From: a virus
Lineage: Duplodnaviria; Caudoviricetes
IMG/VR virus record: IMGVR_UViG_3300032038_000003
Location: 96,001 to 160,000 of that record
Direction: 5' to 3' (one strand)
DNA length: 64,000 bases
This document shows, piece by piece, positions 1 through 9,220 of this stretch (its first letter is position 1; each line of letters starts with the position of its first letter). The position numbers were made by a program, and so were the translations under genes. The notes below the pieces were generated by a model. The model was not told the origin of the DNA. It did not search any database and saw only the letters and a program-made list of their open reading frames with translations.

Positions 1-1
1 A

Positions 2-2026
2 GTTTAAAATAGATGGAGAAACATTTTTGCTTTTACTTGTTAATACAGCCATAATTCTAAATCTAAGTTTATTAGATTTAAAATATTGCTGCATATTTTG
101 CTTTAATCCGTAATAGCTAATAAAGAATCCCATATCGTTATTAGCAGAATGAATCATTTCGGTAGGATCTACATTGACGTAAACAGTATTTGATTTGATA
201 GTAAAGTATTCATAGCTTGGCTCTAATGATTTTTTGAGCATGTTTACGTTAGTGTATTGCATTGGTTTAAAAGCAAAAACGTCATTAGTTAACTCTTTAA
301 AGTTCATGTTATGATACAAGAATCTTGTAACGACATGTGAGGTTGGGCAATAAATAGCCATTTGAATTTTATTTACGCCTTTTTTGAAATTGATAGCATA
401 TAAACCATTATCACCAGACACTTGTTCATATCCATTGACGAATAATCGTATTGTACTTGCAGCATCACTATCTCCTTCGATATTAGTAATTACTCTTATA
501 AATTTGTCATATACAGCTGTTGTTTGTGGAGCATCAACGTATTGAGTAAAAACATACAATACATTTGACATCAACTCAAAATTAGTATAGTTTTCACAGT
601 CCATAAATAACTGTGTTTTAGTACAGTTTTTAATATACTCTGTTACGTCTGTATCTTTAAGATGGAAACCATCATCATAATCGCCATCTTTACGATTATA
701 TCTTTGTACAGACCACATGTTATATCCTGGAGTTACTTTTAAAGAGTTCACGTTAACGCCAGTAGGCAGTTTGAATATTTCATACAAACCAGTTAATGCA
801 GACTGTACACCATAGTTCTTATATGTACCATTATTGGCTATATTATGTCTTTTTTCAAACATAAATAATTGATGCTCTTTATGATTGTCGATTGCATCCC
901 AGCCGATTTTATCATAAGAGTTATCAAATCCAATAAAGTAATTGATTCTGGTATTTGCATATACCATGTCAGTAGCATCAAGTTTAATAAAGTTAGTAAG
1001 ATTATTAAACTCAATAGGCTTGGTAACCAATACAGATTGAGATTCAAATTCTTCAAGAGCGATAGTTATGTTCTTGAAAATATAATAATACTCATATACG
1101 TTATATCCTTGAGTATTTACTGATTGCCCATCTGCTTCGTTTTTAGTACATGTAATCTTAAGATACTTTGCAGACTTTGTTTCAAAGTTCCATTCGATTA
1201 AATCTTTGCCATTAATGTCATAGACAGTATAAAAACTATTACCGTCTTCTGATAATGCAAGAGTAAATGTCATGTCGTTAGATGATGTAGATTTAAAAAA
1301 GACAGTATTGAATTTCATTGTCATTCCTAAATCAACAATCAAATTTACAGACTTAGGTTTGTTATTAGAACTTTGTCCAGTAAGTATAAAAACATCATTG
1401 ATAGTATCGTTAAGGATTCTTTTTAATTCCCCTTGAGATTGATAACCACCAAAGTTATCCATACCAGTAATTGCAATATCTGCATTAATAATAGATAACT
1501 TATTTACTTGACTGTTGGTTTTCTCTGTTACTACTTTCTTTTGTAATAGATCTACAAACGAAGTAGTAAAAGGAATATTACGGGATTCATCACCGTACAG
1601 TTCAAGGTTATACAGGCTATCAAATACTTCAACGTATTCTTGAATCTGCTTATTAGATTTAAGAGACTCTTGAAGACAATTCGCTCTTAATACTATTTTG
1701 TCAATAGCATGAAATACTTTTGCTTTCTCTGTATCATAATATTCTTGTATTGAAACGGCCTTATTATTTGCTTCGATATTAGCTTCGTAAATGGTTTCAA
1801 TATCTTCTTTAAACGTAAGAAAATTATGATTGTAATCGTCTTTAGAAGATTCTTCGTATGGGGTCTGCTTAATTGGTGCATAATAAGGCATACCCATAGT
1901 ATGGTTATCAAAGTATTCTCTCAAGAGATTATTCAACTCGTAATTGTTAGGCTCGATACCTTTTTGAGCAAGCTCTTGAGCGAATTGTTTTATTTTTCTA
2001 TCTCGTTGTATTTTACTAATACTCAA
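2..2026 (-). CDS. Virion structural (baseplate/tail-associated) protein, paralog of 2016-3794 and 6947-9220; runs off the left edge
   Basis: Not in the ORF track (no stop inside the window). TTG start at 2026 follows a GGAGGAG RBS and reads MSISKIQRDRK...SSKDDYNHNFLTFKEDIETIY. It ends at the window edge with RIMAVLTSKSKNVSPSILN, matching the paralog C-termini (RLKAILRR...TPILNSYKL; QLKIVMKK...TPIVYSYKL). Only the two ends were translated by hand. Confidence 0.75.
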   Translation of the reverse strand, partial: MSISKIQRDRKIKQFAQELAQKGIEPNNYELNNLLREYFDNHTMGMPYYAPIKQTPYEESSKDDYNHNFLTFKEDIETIYEANIEANNKAVSIQEYYDTEKAKVFHAIDKIVLRANCLQESLKSNKQIQEYVEVFDSLYNLELYGDESRNIPFTTSFVDLLQKKVVTEKTNSQVNKLSIINADIAITGMDNFGGYQSQGELKRILNDTINDVFILTGQSSNNKPKSVNLIVDLGMTMKFNTVFFKSTSSNDMTFTLALSEDGNSFYTVYDINGKDLIEWNFETKSAKYLKITCTKNEADGQSVNTQGYNVYEYYYIFKNITIALEEFESQSVLVTKPIEFNNLTNFIKLDATDMVYANTRINYFIGFDNSYDKIGWDAIDNHKEHQLFMFEKRHNIANNGTYKNYGVQSALTGLYEIFKLPTGVNVNSLKVTPGYNMWSVQRYNRKDGDYDDGFHLKDTDVTEYIKNCTKTQLFMDCENYTNFELMSNVLYVFTQYVDAPQTTAVYDKFIRVITNIEGDSDAASTIRLFVNGYEQVSGDNGLYAINFKKGVNKIQMAIYCPTSHVVTRFLYHNMNFKELTNDVFAFKPMQYTNVNMLKKSLEPSYEYFTIKSNTVYVNVDPTEMIHSANNDMGFFISYYGLKQNMQQYFKSNKLRFRIMAVLTSKSKNVSPSILN

Positions 2027-3794
2027 TGGTATCTCCTCCCGTAGTTACTTTAAGTTTATATGAATAAACTATTGGAGTTGCATAATCATAGTTAACAATT
2101 GACTTAGGCTTTTTCATTACTATCTTAAGCTGTACTTGATTTGTATTGGTAAGTACACTTAAGTTTTGTGCCTTAAATTTATCAGAATGATTCGTCAATA
2201 AGTTTTCAATCGAATCATTATTGATAAAGTATTTATATACGCCTTCGTATGATCTCTGAATCGGAGTGATAGGATACCAAACACTTCCATTATCTACCGA
2301 TATAAAGTATTGTAATACACTTGGGTCATCTCCAGGAATGTATTCTTCAGTTTCAAGCATGATACTTGTTATCTGTTCATCAGTAGTAAATACTCTACTT
2401 ACATATTCAGAGTAATCTGCAAAAGTACAATTTGGCAATCTGATTTCTCGGATACCTATCATGTATCTAAATGCATCAATCATTTCTGCATTAGACTTTC
2501 TTTCGATTGTACTTTCTGGTAGCGTAAATAACGAAGACTTAATATAAGTTTCATTAGGAATACTTGTTGTTTTATCTCTGTAATTAAGCCATTTTGTAGT
2601 AGGATCATATTTTAAACCAAGCATAGTTACGTTTGGTTTTGGTCCTTCTATACGTGTAAACTGATCAGCGTCTTCAAAGTCTTGGTATATAGATATATTA
2701 TCAGTATTTACGTTTGTATAAAAGAAATGTCCAACCTTACACAAATATCTCGTATCTTGAATAAAAGTTAATTCAACACGATTAATAGTTTGTGCTGGGA
2801 AAGCAAAGGTTAATACTTGGTCAAAAATCTTATTCTCCGCTACTTTATAGCAATAATTATTAGAAGCAAATACTTCACACTTTTCAAGAGTACAATATGT
2901 ACCGCCTTTAGCATCAGAAAGATATGGAAGAATACTGATCCATGAACAAACTGTATCGTTGGTAAGATTTAATATAAGCTTTAATCTCAATAAAGTTTTA
3001 TTATTATCTACCCAAGATACACCTTCTTCGTAATCAAAGCCATATGAATTACATGCTTTACGTACTTTATCAGTAACGTTAAATAATTCAAATTCGAACC
3101 ATGTATCTTTGTTTCCATCAACAATTGCACCTGGATCAATATGTAAACCATCTTGTCCAACAAAATGTAAGTTGCCGTTTAATGTATCAACACAATGAGT
3201 GTTACCTGGAAACCCATTGGAATATTCATCATCGATTTCAATACTAGCAATGTTTGCATTACTAGAAGAACTCTGATTCAACGTCAAAATACCATCGAAT
3301 GTATCGATGGTACACGAAGTATTCGCAGACATATTTCCTACGTTTGCGAAATCATTAAATGAATCAGAAAACACTACCATGCCACGACCTTGGTTAGTGG
3401 ACAAGCTCTGCTTGATATTATTAACCTTATTAGAGAGATAGGTAAGCTGATTAGACATCATTGTTCGACTAAGTTGTGCATCAACAAAAGACTGCGAAAC
3501 ATAGTCTTGCAATGCCTCGCAGTCTTTAATAATGTACTCCATATCATTATAAGATTCATTGATCATTGCATTGTATTCGCTAGATATTGGTGTAGTAACT
3601 GCTGGTCTGTATGTAAAACTTGGTTTTGTCAATGATTCATAAAACGTATTTAGCATCGTTTTAATCTTATAATAGTATTCAGTCTCTGTCCTAATCTCTC
3701 CATTCTTGTACTGATAGTTGATTGCGGCAAGTAATGTTTTAAGCTTGTTGTCTATAGTTTTAGACTTATCTGTATACTGGAGTAAATTTCCCAT
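2016..3794 (-). CDS. Virion structural protein (592 aa): helical N-terminus plus beta-sandwich domains
   Basis: Long ORF with AAGGAG RBS. AIVDGNKDTWFE resembles a discoidin/galactose-binding-like segment. Paralogous termini with neighbours. Confidence 0.7.
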   Translation of the reverse strand: MGNLLQYTDKSKTIDNKLKTLLAAINYQYKNGEIRTETEYYYKIKTMLNTFYESLTKPSFTYRPAVTTPISSEYNAMINESYNDMEYIIKDCEALQDYVSQSFVDAQLSRTMMSNQLTYLSNKVNNIKQSLSTNQGRGMVVFSDSFNDFANVGNMSANTSCTIDTFDGILTLNQSSSSNANIASIEIDDEYSNGFPGNTHCVDTLNGNLHFVGQDGLHIDPGAIVDGNKDTWFEFELFNVTDKVRKACNSYGFDYEEGVSWVDNNKTLLRLKLILNLTNDTVCSWISILPYLSDAKGGTYCTLEKCEVFASNNYCYKVAENKIFDQVLTFAFPAQTINRVELTFIQDTRYLCKVGHFFYTNVNTDNISIYQDFEDADQFTRIEGPKPNVTMLGLKYDPTTKWLNYRDKTTSIPNETYIKSSLFTLPESTIERKSNAEMIDAFRYMIGIREIRLPNCTFADYSEYVSRVFTTDEQITSIMLETEEYIPGDDPSVLQYFISVDNGSVWYPITPIQRSYEGVYKYFINNDSIENLLTNHSDKFKAQNLSVLTNTNQVQLKIVMKKPKSIVNYDYATPIVYSYKLKVTTGGDTIEY

Positions 3795-3854
3795 AGATTA
3801 AAACTCCTTAAAATAAAAATTTAAGTCTTATAAAATTGTTTCCTATATACACCT

Positions 3855-4775
3855 TTATACATCTTTTGCACGAAGATTTTCTTTTATACTATCTTTTAAT
3901 CCATCAAAATATGCTTGTCTTGTTGTATAACCAGGAACAATTTCATATTCTTTTTCTGGTAAGCCTAACAAATAATCACCAACATAACCTTGTTTATGTG
4001 CATTATATGCATCAGAGTACCATGCATTATAGTCATCTAATTGGTTTAATTGATGTTCAAAATCTATATCATCAAGATCGTTAACACCTTTCCAAGCCTC
4101 ACGTTGAGCTTCATAAAAATTAGAAAATTTTTTCGGTTTTAATGCAGTTTCTATAGATTCCACTTCTGCATTACTAAGCGTTGGTGTTATAGGTTTCGTA
4201 TTACCAATAGCGTCTTCAATTCCTTTATGAAAATAATTTTGATATTTTCTTTGCATATCCACATCGTTAAATTGAGAAGAAAGTTTTAAAGAAGCGATAT
4301 TTGTTGCATTTTGCATATCTTTTTCTGACAAATTATCTATTCCTCTTAATTGAGAACGATAATTTATTGCATCCATATGAGCAAGCTCTTTTATTTGAGA
4401 ACCAGACAAACTATTAGGATCAGATAATTTTGATATTGAAATTGAAGAATCTCCAACTTTAAAATTCATAACGTTTTTAGCAACATTTAAATCATTAGCA
4501 TTACTTGGCATTTCATGTTTGGCATATACTTTTTCTGCTTCTGCCATTACAGAATTAGAAATGCTTTGATCATAAACTTTAGAGGTTAATTTATTTTGTA
4601 ATGCTTGTTTACCAGCACTTATACCAGCACCACCGATAGAACCAACAAAAGCACCACCGACGATACCTCCAAGAATATTTCCATCTTTATCTCGTGATTC
4701 TTTAATGCCGCCTATGGTAGCACCAACAGCACTGCCTATACCAGCAGCTCTTGCCATTTTACTAATATTTACCAT
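3855..4775 (-). CDS. Hypothetical protein (306 aa) with N-terminal glycine-zipper hydrophobic segments
   Basis: AAGGAG RBS. GIGSAVGATIGG and GGIVGGAFVGSIGGAG are GxxxG repeats. Confidence 0.65.
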   Translation of the reverse strand: MVNISKMARAAGIGSAVGATIGGIKESRDKDGNILGGIVGGAFVGSIGGAGISAGKQALQNKLTSKVYDQSISNSVMAEAEKVYAKHEMPSNANDLNVAKNVMNFKVGDSSISISKLSDPNSLSGSQIKELAHMDAINYRSQLRGIDNLSEKDMQNATNIASLKLSSQFNDVDMQRKYQNYFHKGIEDAIGNTKPITPTLSNAEVESIETALKPKKFSNFYEAQREAWKGVNDLDDIDFEHQLNQLDDYNAWYSDAYNAHKQGYVGDYLLGLPEKEYEIVPGYTTRQAYFDGLKDSIKENLRAKDV

Positions 4776-4791
4776 ATGTATGCTCCTTATG

Positions 4792-5067
4792 TTAAGACAG
4801 AATACTTATGATTTCCTGTCTTAATACTAATAAAATATCTTTTGGCATACACTGTGGCAATGCTGTACTGATTACTATATTATCGCTATTATTAGCATAA
4901 ACATAATCATATACTGCATCTGCAACTTGTATGGCTGTTGCATTATTATCCATAGCATCTGTTGCTTTTTTGATTACATCAGCCTGTGTATAGCGTTCGA
5001 GATATTCATTAGTATATTGTTCGATTACTTGAGTAACCGAATCTTTCTTTGCTTTTGAATATGCCAT
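4792..5067 (-). CDS. Small helical hypothetical protein (91 aa)
   Basis: AGGAGAG RBS, operon-packed. N-terminus MAYSKAKKDSV resembles MAGYSDAQIKSV of the neighbour. Confidence 0.7.
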   Translation of the reverse strand: MAYSKAKKDSVTQVIEQYTNEYLERYTQADVIKKATDAMDNNATAIQVADAVYDYVYANNSDNIVISTALPQCMPKDILLVLRQEIISILS

Positions 5068-5082
5068 GATTATCTCTCCTTA

Positions 5083-5685
5083 TTACTCAGCGGTAATTGT
5101 TACTACGCAAGAATCAGACTTTGTATTGTCCTTTGTAGATGTAGCAACAACAGTAACTTCACCAGCTTCTGCTTCAGCATCAACTGTAACTACACCGTCA
5201 ACAACTGTAACCTTGTCGTTTGCGGTTGCAAGAGACCAAGTAACAGTTTTGTTTTCTGCTTCATCTGGAGAAGCAACAACGGTAGCGGTAAGAGTTTCAG
5301 AACCACCTTTTGCAATGCTTGTAGTATTCTTGTTAAGAGTTACACTTGTAATAGTAACTACTGCTGGCTCTGGTACGGGTTCTGGTGTAACACCGCCCTC
5401 AAGTTCTTTAATAGCATTGTAAACAGCTCCTCTTACATATGATCCATAGTTGAACATTACAAGATTTGAACCGATGGTATTGTAAGTACCATTATTGAAT
5501 AATGGTAAATCATCGATTGCAGCACGAGCATTGTTTGCAATGGTATCTGCGTCTAATCCAGCTTTCATACCAGAAATGATTGCAGTTGTAGGAAATGTAA
5601 CATTTTGAGCATCAGTAAAACCATGTAAAACTTCTGTTGCTTTATCGCATACAGATTTGATTTGAGCATCTGAATAACCAGCCAT
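5083..5685 (-). CDS. Virion decoration-type protein with C-terminal bacterial Ig-like (Big_2) domain
   Basis: PEPVPEP linker, then ITSVTLNKNTTSIAKGGSETLTATV...NKTVTWS...VTVVDGVVT...SDSCVVTI, a Big_2 pattern. AGGAGG RBS. Confidence 0.8.
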   Translation of the reverse strand: MAGYSDAQIKSVCDKATEVLHGFTDAQNVTFPTTAIISGMKAGLDADTIANNARAAIDDLPLFNNGTYNTIGSNLVMFNYGSYVRGAVYNAIKELEGGVTPEPVPEPAVVTITSVTLNKNTTSIAKGGSETLTATVVASPDEAENKTVTWSLATANDKVTVVDGVVTVDAEAEAGEVTVVATSTKDNTKSDSCVVTITAE

Positions 5686-5701
5686 GACTTATAACCTCCT
5701 T

Positions 5702-6016
5702 TTAATTATTATCTTTGTTATTATTATCAGTCTGTTCCTCTTCAGCTTCTGTTGCAAGTAACGCTCTGATTTCAGACATAGCGAATCTTACGTTATTAGC
5801 GGTAAAAGCTCTAGTATTACTAGTAGGTAATAAGTCAGACTGTCCATTTCTCATAGTATCAAAAGAATCAAGATATGTTGTCATATCAAGAATTGTTTCT
5901 TCAGTAGGGTTCTTTACGATCTCATTTGCAGCATGAGTAATTTCTTGAATGTTTAAAAAGTCACTACAATATTTGTAAAGAATGTTATGCATCTGGATTT
6001 TCTTTTCATCATTCAT
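5702..6016 (-). CDS. Small hypothetical protein (104 aa)
   Basis: AAGGAG RBS, operon-packed. Confidence 0.7.
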   Translation of the reverse strand: MNDEKKIQMHNILYKYCSDFLNIQEITHAANEIVKNPTEETILDMTTYLDSFDTMRNGQSDLLPTSNTRAFTANNVRFAMSEIRALLATEAEEEQTDNNNKDNN

Positions 6017-6032
6017 GATTGTTCTCCTTTAA

Positions 6033-6917
6033 TTATATTCTAACTAACATTCCTGTTTTTACAACACCAGTAACGGCTCCAGACTTTTTCGTACTAAATT
6101 TCCAACCACGACTATCTTCTCCTCTGTAATAAAGAGTAGATTTTTGTACCCATGCTGGAATCTTTTTGCCGTTATAATATGTATCTGTTAATAGTTTAAT
6201 TTTATCACCGATTTCAAGTTTTGTCTCTTTTTTTATAGGATAAACCAATTTGCCATCGGAATCAAATACGTAATATCCAGGATGCTTATCGCATTCTTTT
6301 TTCGCATTTTCAATTTTTTCATATGCCCCGATTTGATTTTTGGAATCTTCCCATGAAGTTCTTACACGATAATATTTTTTATCTTGAGATGGTTTAACTG
6401 GATCTGGTGTATGGAGAACACAGTCCAAAACCATTCCTTGGTCGTATTGTGTAAGGTTGTGAGAGTTAATAACTCGTTTAATGTTTTGTGGATATGCAAG
6501 AGAAGTATAGTATTTACATTGACCAAGTACCTCTATAAACTTAATTGGATCCGTAATATTTTGTCTTACTGGATCGTAATTGGAAATAGAAATAAATTCA
6601 AAATATCCTTTTACGCCATCCTCCATATTACGGAACTTAAACCATTGATCAGTAATATCATAGTAAGAGCCATCTGGTCTTTGTTCTTTACTACCATCTA
6701 CAAATGTTCCACATGCAGATGGACATCTGTTACTTCTATATTTCAGTCCAAAATAGTTATTGAATTGGGCTTTATAACTTGTACCGTAACCAGATTCTAA
6801 ACAAGCCTGAGCGATAATCGGGCTGGCTACTTTATATCCGTTTTGTTTAGCGTATTTTTGTACAAGCGGACCGATTTTAGAAATAAAAGATTTCATAGTG
6901 TCAAAATCTGCTGCCAT
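6033..6917 (-). CDS. Endolysin: GH73 glucosaminidase/muramidase with C-terminal cell-wall-binding domains
   Basis: IIAQACLESGYG, NNYFGLK, YYTSLAY and NLTQYD are GH73 motifs. YYRVRTSWEDSKNQIGAYEKIENAKK is a Clostridiales-type binding repeat. Start moved to ATG 6917 because AGGAGGT lies at 6924-6930. Confidence 0.85.
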   Translation of the reverse strand: MAADFDTMKSFISKIGPLVQKYAKQNGYKVASPIIAQACLESGYGTSYKAQFNNYFGLKYRSNRCPSACGTFVDGSKEQRPDGSYYDITDQWFKFRNMEDGVKGYFEFISISNYDPVRQNITDPIKFIEVLGQCKYYTSLAYPQNIKRVINSHNLTQYDQGMVLDCVLHTPDPVKPSQDKKYYRVRTSWEDSKNQIGAYEKIENAKKECDKHPGYYVFDSDGKLVYPIKKETKLEIGDKIKLLTDTYYNGKKIPAWVQKSTLYYRGEDSRGWKFSTKKSGAVTGVVKTGMLVRI

Positions 6918-6946
6918 TTTTGAACCTCCTTTTATTTTTAAAATGC

Positions 6947-9220
6947 TTATAAAGTAGTAAATTCTAACTTGTAACTGTTTAAAATTGGCGTAAGCCAATT
7001 ATCATGTTTAGTATTTCTTCTGAGTATAGCTTTTAATCGTATCTGTGATCCAAAACTTGGATAACTGATTTCGATTTTTTGAGTAGGTGCGATTGGCTTA
7101 TTAAAATACAAGTATCTCCCATTAGTATAATACTGTATTTTATTTGTGTTTGCAACGAAGTTCTTGAAGCTGCTTGCTGGGTTGAGTTTATCAGTAACAC
7201 ATTCAATAGATTTATCTGATAATGCACTAGCAGTGTTTTGATTAAGAACTAAGTTTGTATCGACATTGACGATTTTTACGTAAGTCATTGTATCATCTGG
7301 ATGCTGACGATTGTAGTAAGGATATTCATCAAGACGATAACAAGCAGATCCTGTACCAATAATTTCTTGGAAAGTATTACTTGGCTGAGGATTTTCGTCG
7401 TTAATAAGAGTAATCTCTTTTGAAGTATCTAATGGCATATAAGACACAGTATAAATTGCAAAATTATCAAATCCAGCAATTTCAATTGCATGTACATTAC
7501 CGTCATCATCGTATCTTAAAATATAGTCGGCATCTTCTGTTAATACGATATCGTTGTAATATACGATTGGACGTTCCATTACTGTTGTTTCTTTACCGTT
7601 AGCATCGTAAGTAATAATATTACCACAGACAGCTTTATGTCTTAAGTAGCAATATGCATAGTCAAGCTGAAGAAGCTCGTGGTAAACGTAGTCCTTATTA
7701 GATGGACATATAGGAATCCAATCATTATATTCTGGGTTACGTTTTGTTGTAACATAAAACTCTATATCTGTAAGTATCTGTTGATCTGAAGATAATGGAT
7801 GTGTTTCGTCAGATACTAATTTAATAGTATCTACAGAACCATCACATTCAATAACCTTAGATACAAATACACCAGCTCTTTGATATTCTGAGAAGCAAGG
7901 AGCAATGTTATAAAAGCCATAATTGTATTGATACTTGGTTACTGGTAAGTATTTCTCTTCGTTTTCGATTAGTAATTCATTAATATCAAGAAGTTTATTG
8001 GTTATCATCTTGTTATTAATATACTTCCAAACATTACTTTCTAATCCTCTATCAAGATACAATGGCTGGAAAACAGTAGAATTATCCATTTTAATTTTAT
8101 CGTTTAGCTCATAAGTCGCATTAAACCAGAGTTCGTTTTTGAACATCTGATTTGTAGAAAGCATATATGTATCTTTAATGCAATGGATCTGATTGATTAA
8201 GATATATAACTTCTTACAAGTAATGGTTTTAAAGTGAAAAGCATATTCTTTATCAATACTTGTAGTAGCTAATAATTCATTTTCGTTACCTGGATAGATA
8301 ACGTCATATATAGTATCATCTTCATCATCAGATAATTGATATCTCATTGCTACGATATCAATTGGAAAGTTACCATATGGCTTTAAAATTAATTCGTTTA
8401 CGTTTGTTAATGCTTCAAATGTAAGACATATTTCGCATAATGCTCCTCTTGGAAGATTATAATACGAACGATTAGTATCATATAAACCATCTGAGTTTGT
8501 AAAGTTTAATCCTTTGATCTTAATTTCTTGATTAGTTAAGATTGTTTCTGACCAGTAACTAGAGTTACTAGTATCTATTGCGTTATCCAATTTGGTTTCA
8601 GAATTACGTGCTACTATAAAGCCAGCACCGTATTGTTTAGTAATACTAATTTCTCCTAACTGTACACCAGATTTATATACCATAACATTCTGTTGACGTG
8701 TATAGTTAAGAGTGATATTCTCTTGATCTGAATTAAAACGGACATATGTATCTTCTGGCATTTTCTCGCCATAACGTTCCGTATAATACATTTTATCCGT
8801 TTCTTGATTGTTAATAGTACGTAAACCTTCGTAATAGCATTGTGGAGCACCTTCAGTTCCAATAACAGCTTCGCAAGCAGTAAGCTGGTCATTTAATTCA
8901 CCAATAGTAGAATGTAATGTAGTAATAATACTCTCGTTTAATTTCTGGTGAGACTGAAGTGTATTATATAAATTATCAATATAATAAAATGTCGTAAGAA
9001 TATCCAAGTATAATTCATAAGCTGTCTGGTTATAATCATATGCATTGGTTAAACCAGACTGTTCTCTAACGGTGGTTGTAAGCTTGTTATTCTGTAAATT
9101 AGATAACAGTTTACGCTTATATAGGTCTTTTTCTTTAGAAGTCATATAACGCATATCAATTAATTGTTCTATAACTTCATTGACCATTTTTTCTTTTAAT
9201 TCATTTAAAGAAGTGATCAT
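6947..9220 (-). CDS. Virion structural (baseplate/tail-associated) protein (757 aa)
   Basis: Helical N-terminus, NAIDTSNSSYWSE segment and C-terminal TPILNSYKLEF shared with paralogs. ATGA overlap with the upstream gene. Confidence 0.7.
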   Translation of the reverse strand: MITSLNELKEKMVNEVIEQLIDMRYMTSKEKDLYKRKLLSNLQNNKLTTTVREQSGLTNAYDYNQTAYELYLDILTTFYYIDNLYNTLQSHQKLNESIITTLHSTIGELNDQLTACEAVIGTEGAPQCYYEGLRTINNQETDKMYYTERYGEKMPEDTYVRFNSDQENITLNYTRQQNVMVYKSGVQLGEISITKQYGAGFIVARNSETKLDNAIDTSNSSYWSETILTNQEIKIKGLNFTNSDGLYDTNRSYYNLPRGALCEICLTFEALTNVNELILKPYGNFPIDIVAMRYQLSDDEDDTIYDVIYPGNENELLATTSIDKEYAFHFKTITCKKLYILINQIHCIKDTYMLSTNQMFKNELWFNATYELNDKIKMDNSTVFQPLYLDRGLESNVWKYINNKMITNKLLDINELLIENEEKYLPVTKYQYNYGFYNIAPCFSEYQRAGVFVSKVIECDGSVDTIKLVSDETHPLSSDQQILTDIEFYVTTKRNPEYNDWIPICPSNKDYVYHELLQLDYAYCYLRHKAVCGNIITYDANGKETTVMERPIVYYNDIVLTEDADYILRYDDDGNVHAIEIAGFDNFAIYTVSYMPLDTSKEITLINDENPQPSNTFQEIIGTGSACYRLDEYPYYNRQHPDDTMTYVKIVNVDTNLVLNQNTASALSDKSIECVTDKLNPASSFKNFVANTNKIQYYTNGRYLYFNKPIAPTQKIEISYPSFGSQIRLKAILRRNTKHDNWLTPILNSYKLEFTTL

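Noticed and set aside
6918-6998. 27-aa N-terminal extension of the endolysin given by the ORF track
   Set aside because: It overlaps the upstream gene, and a perfect AGGAGGT RBS points to ATG 6917.
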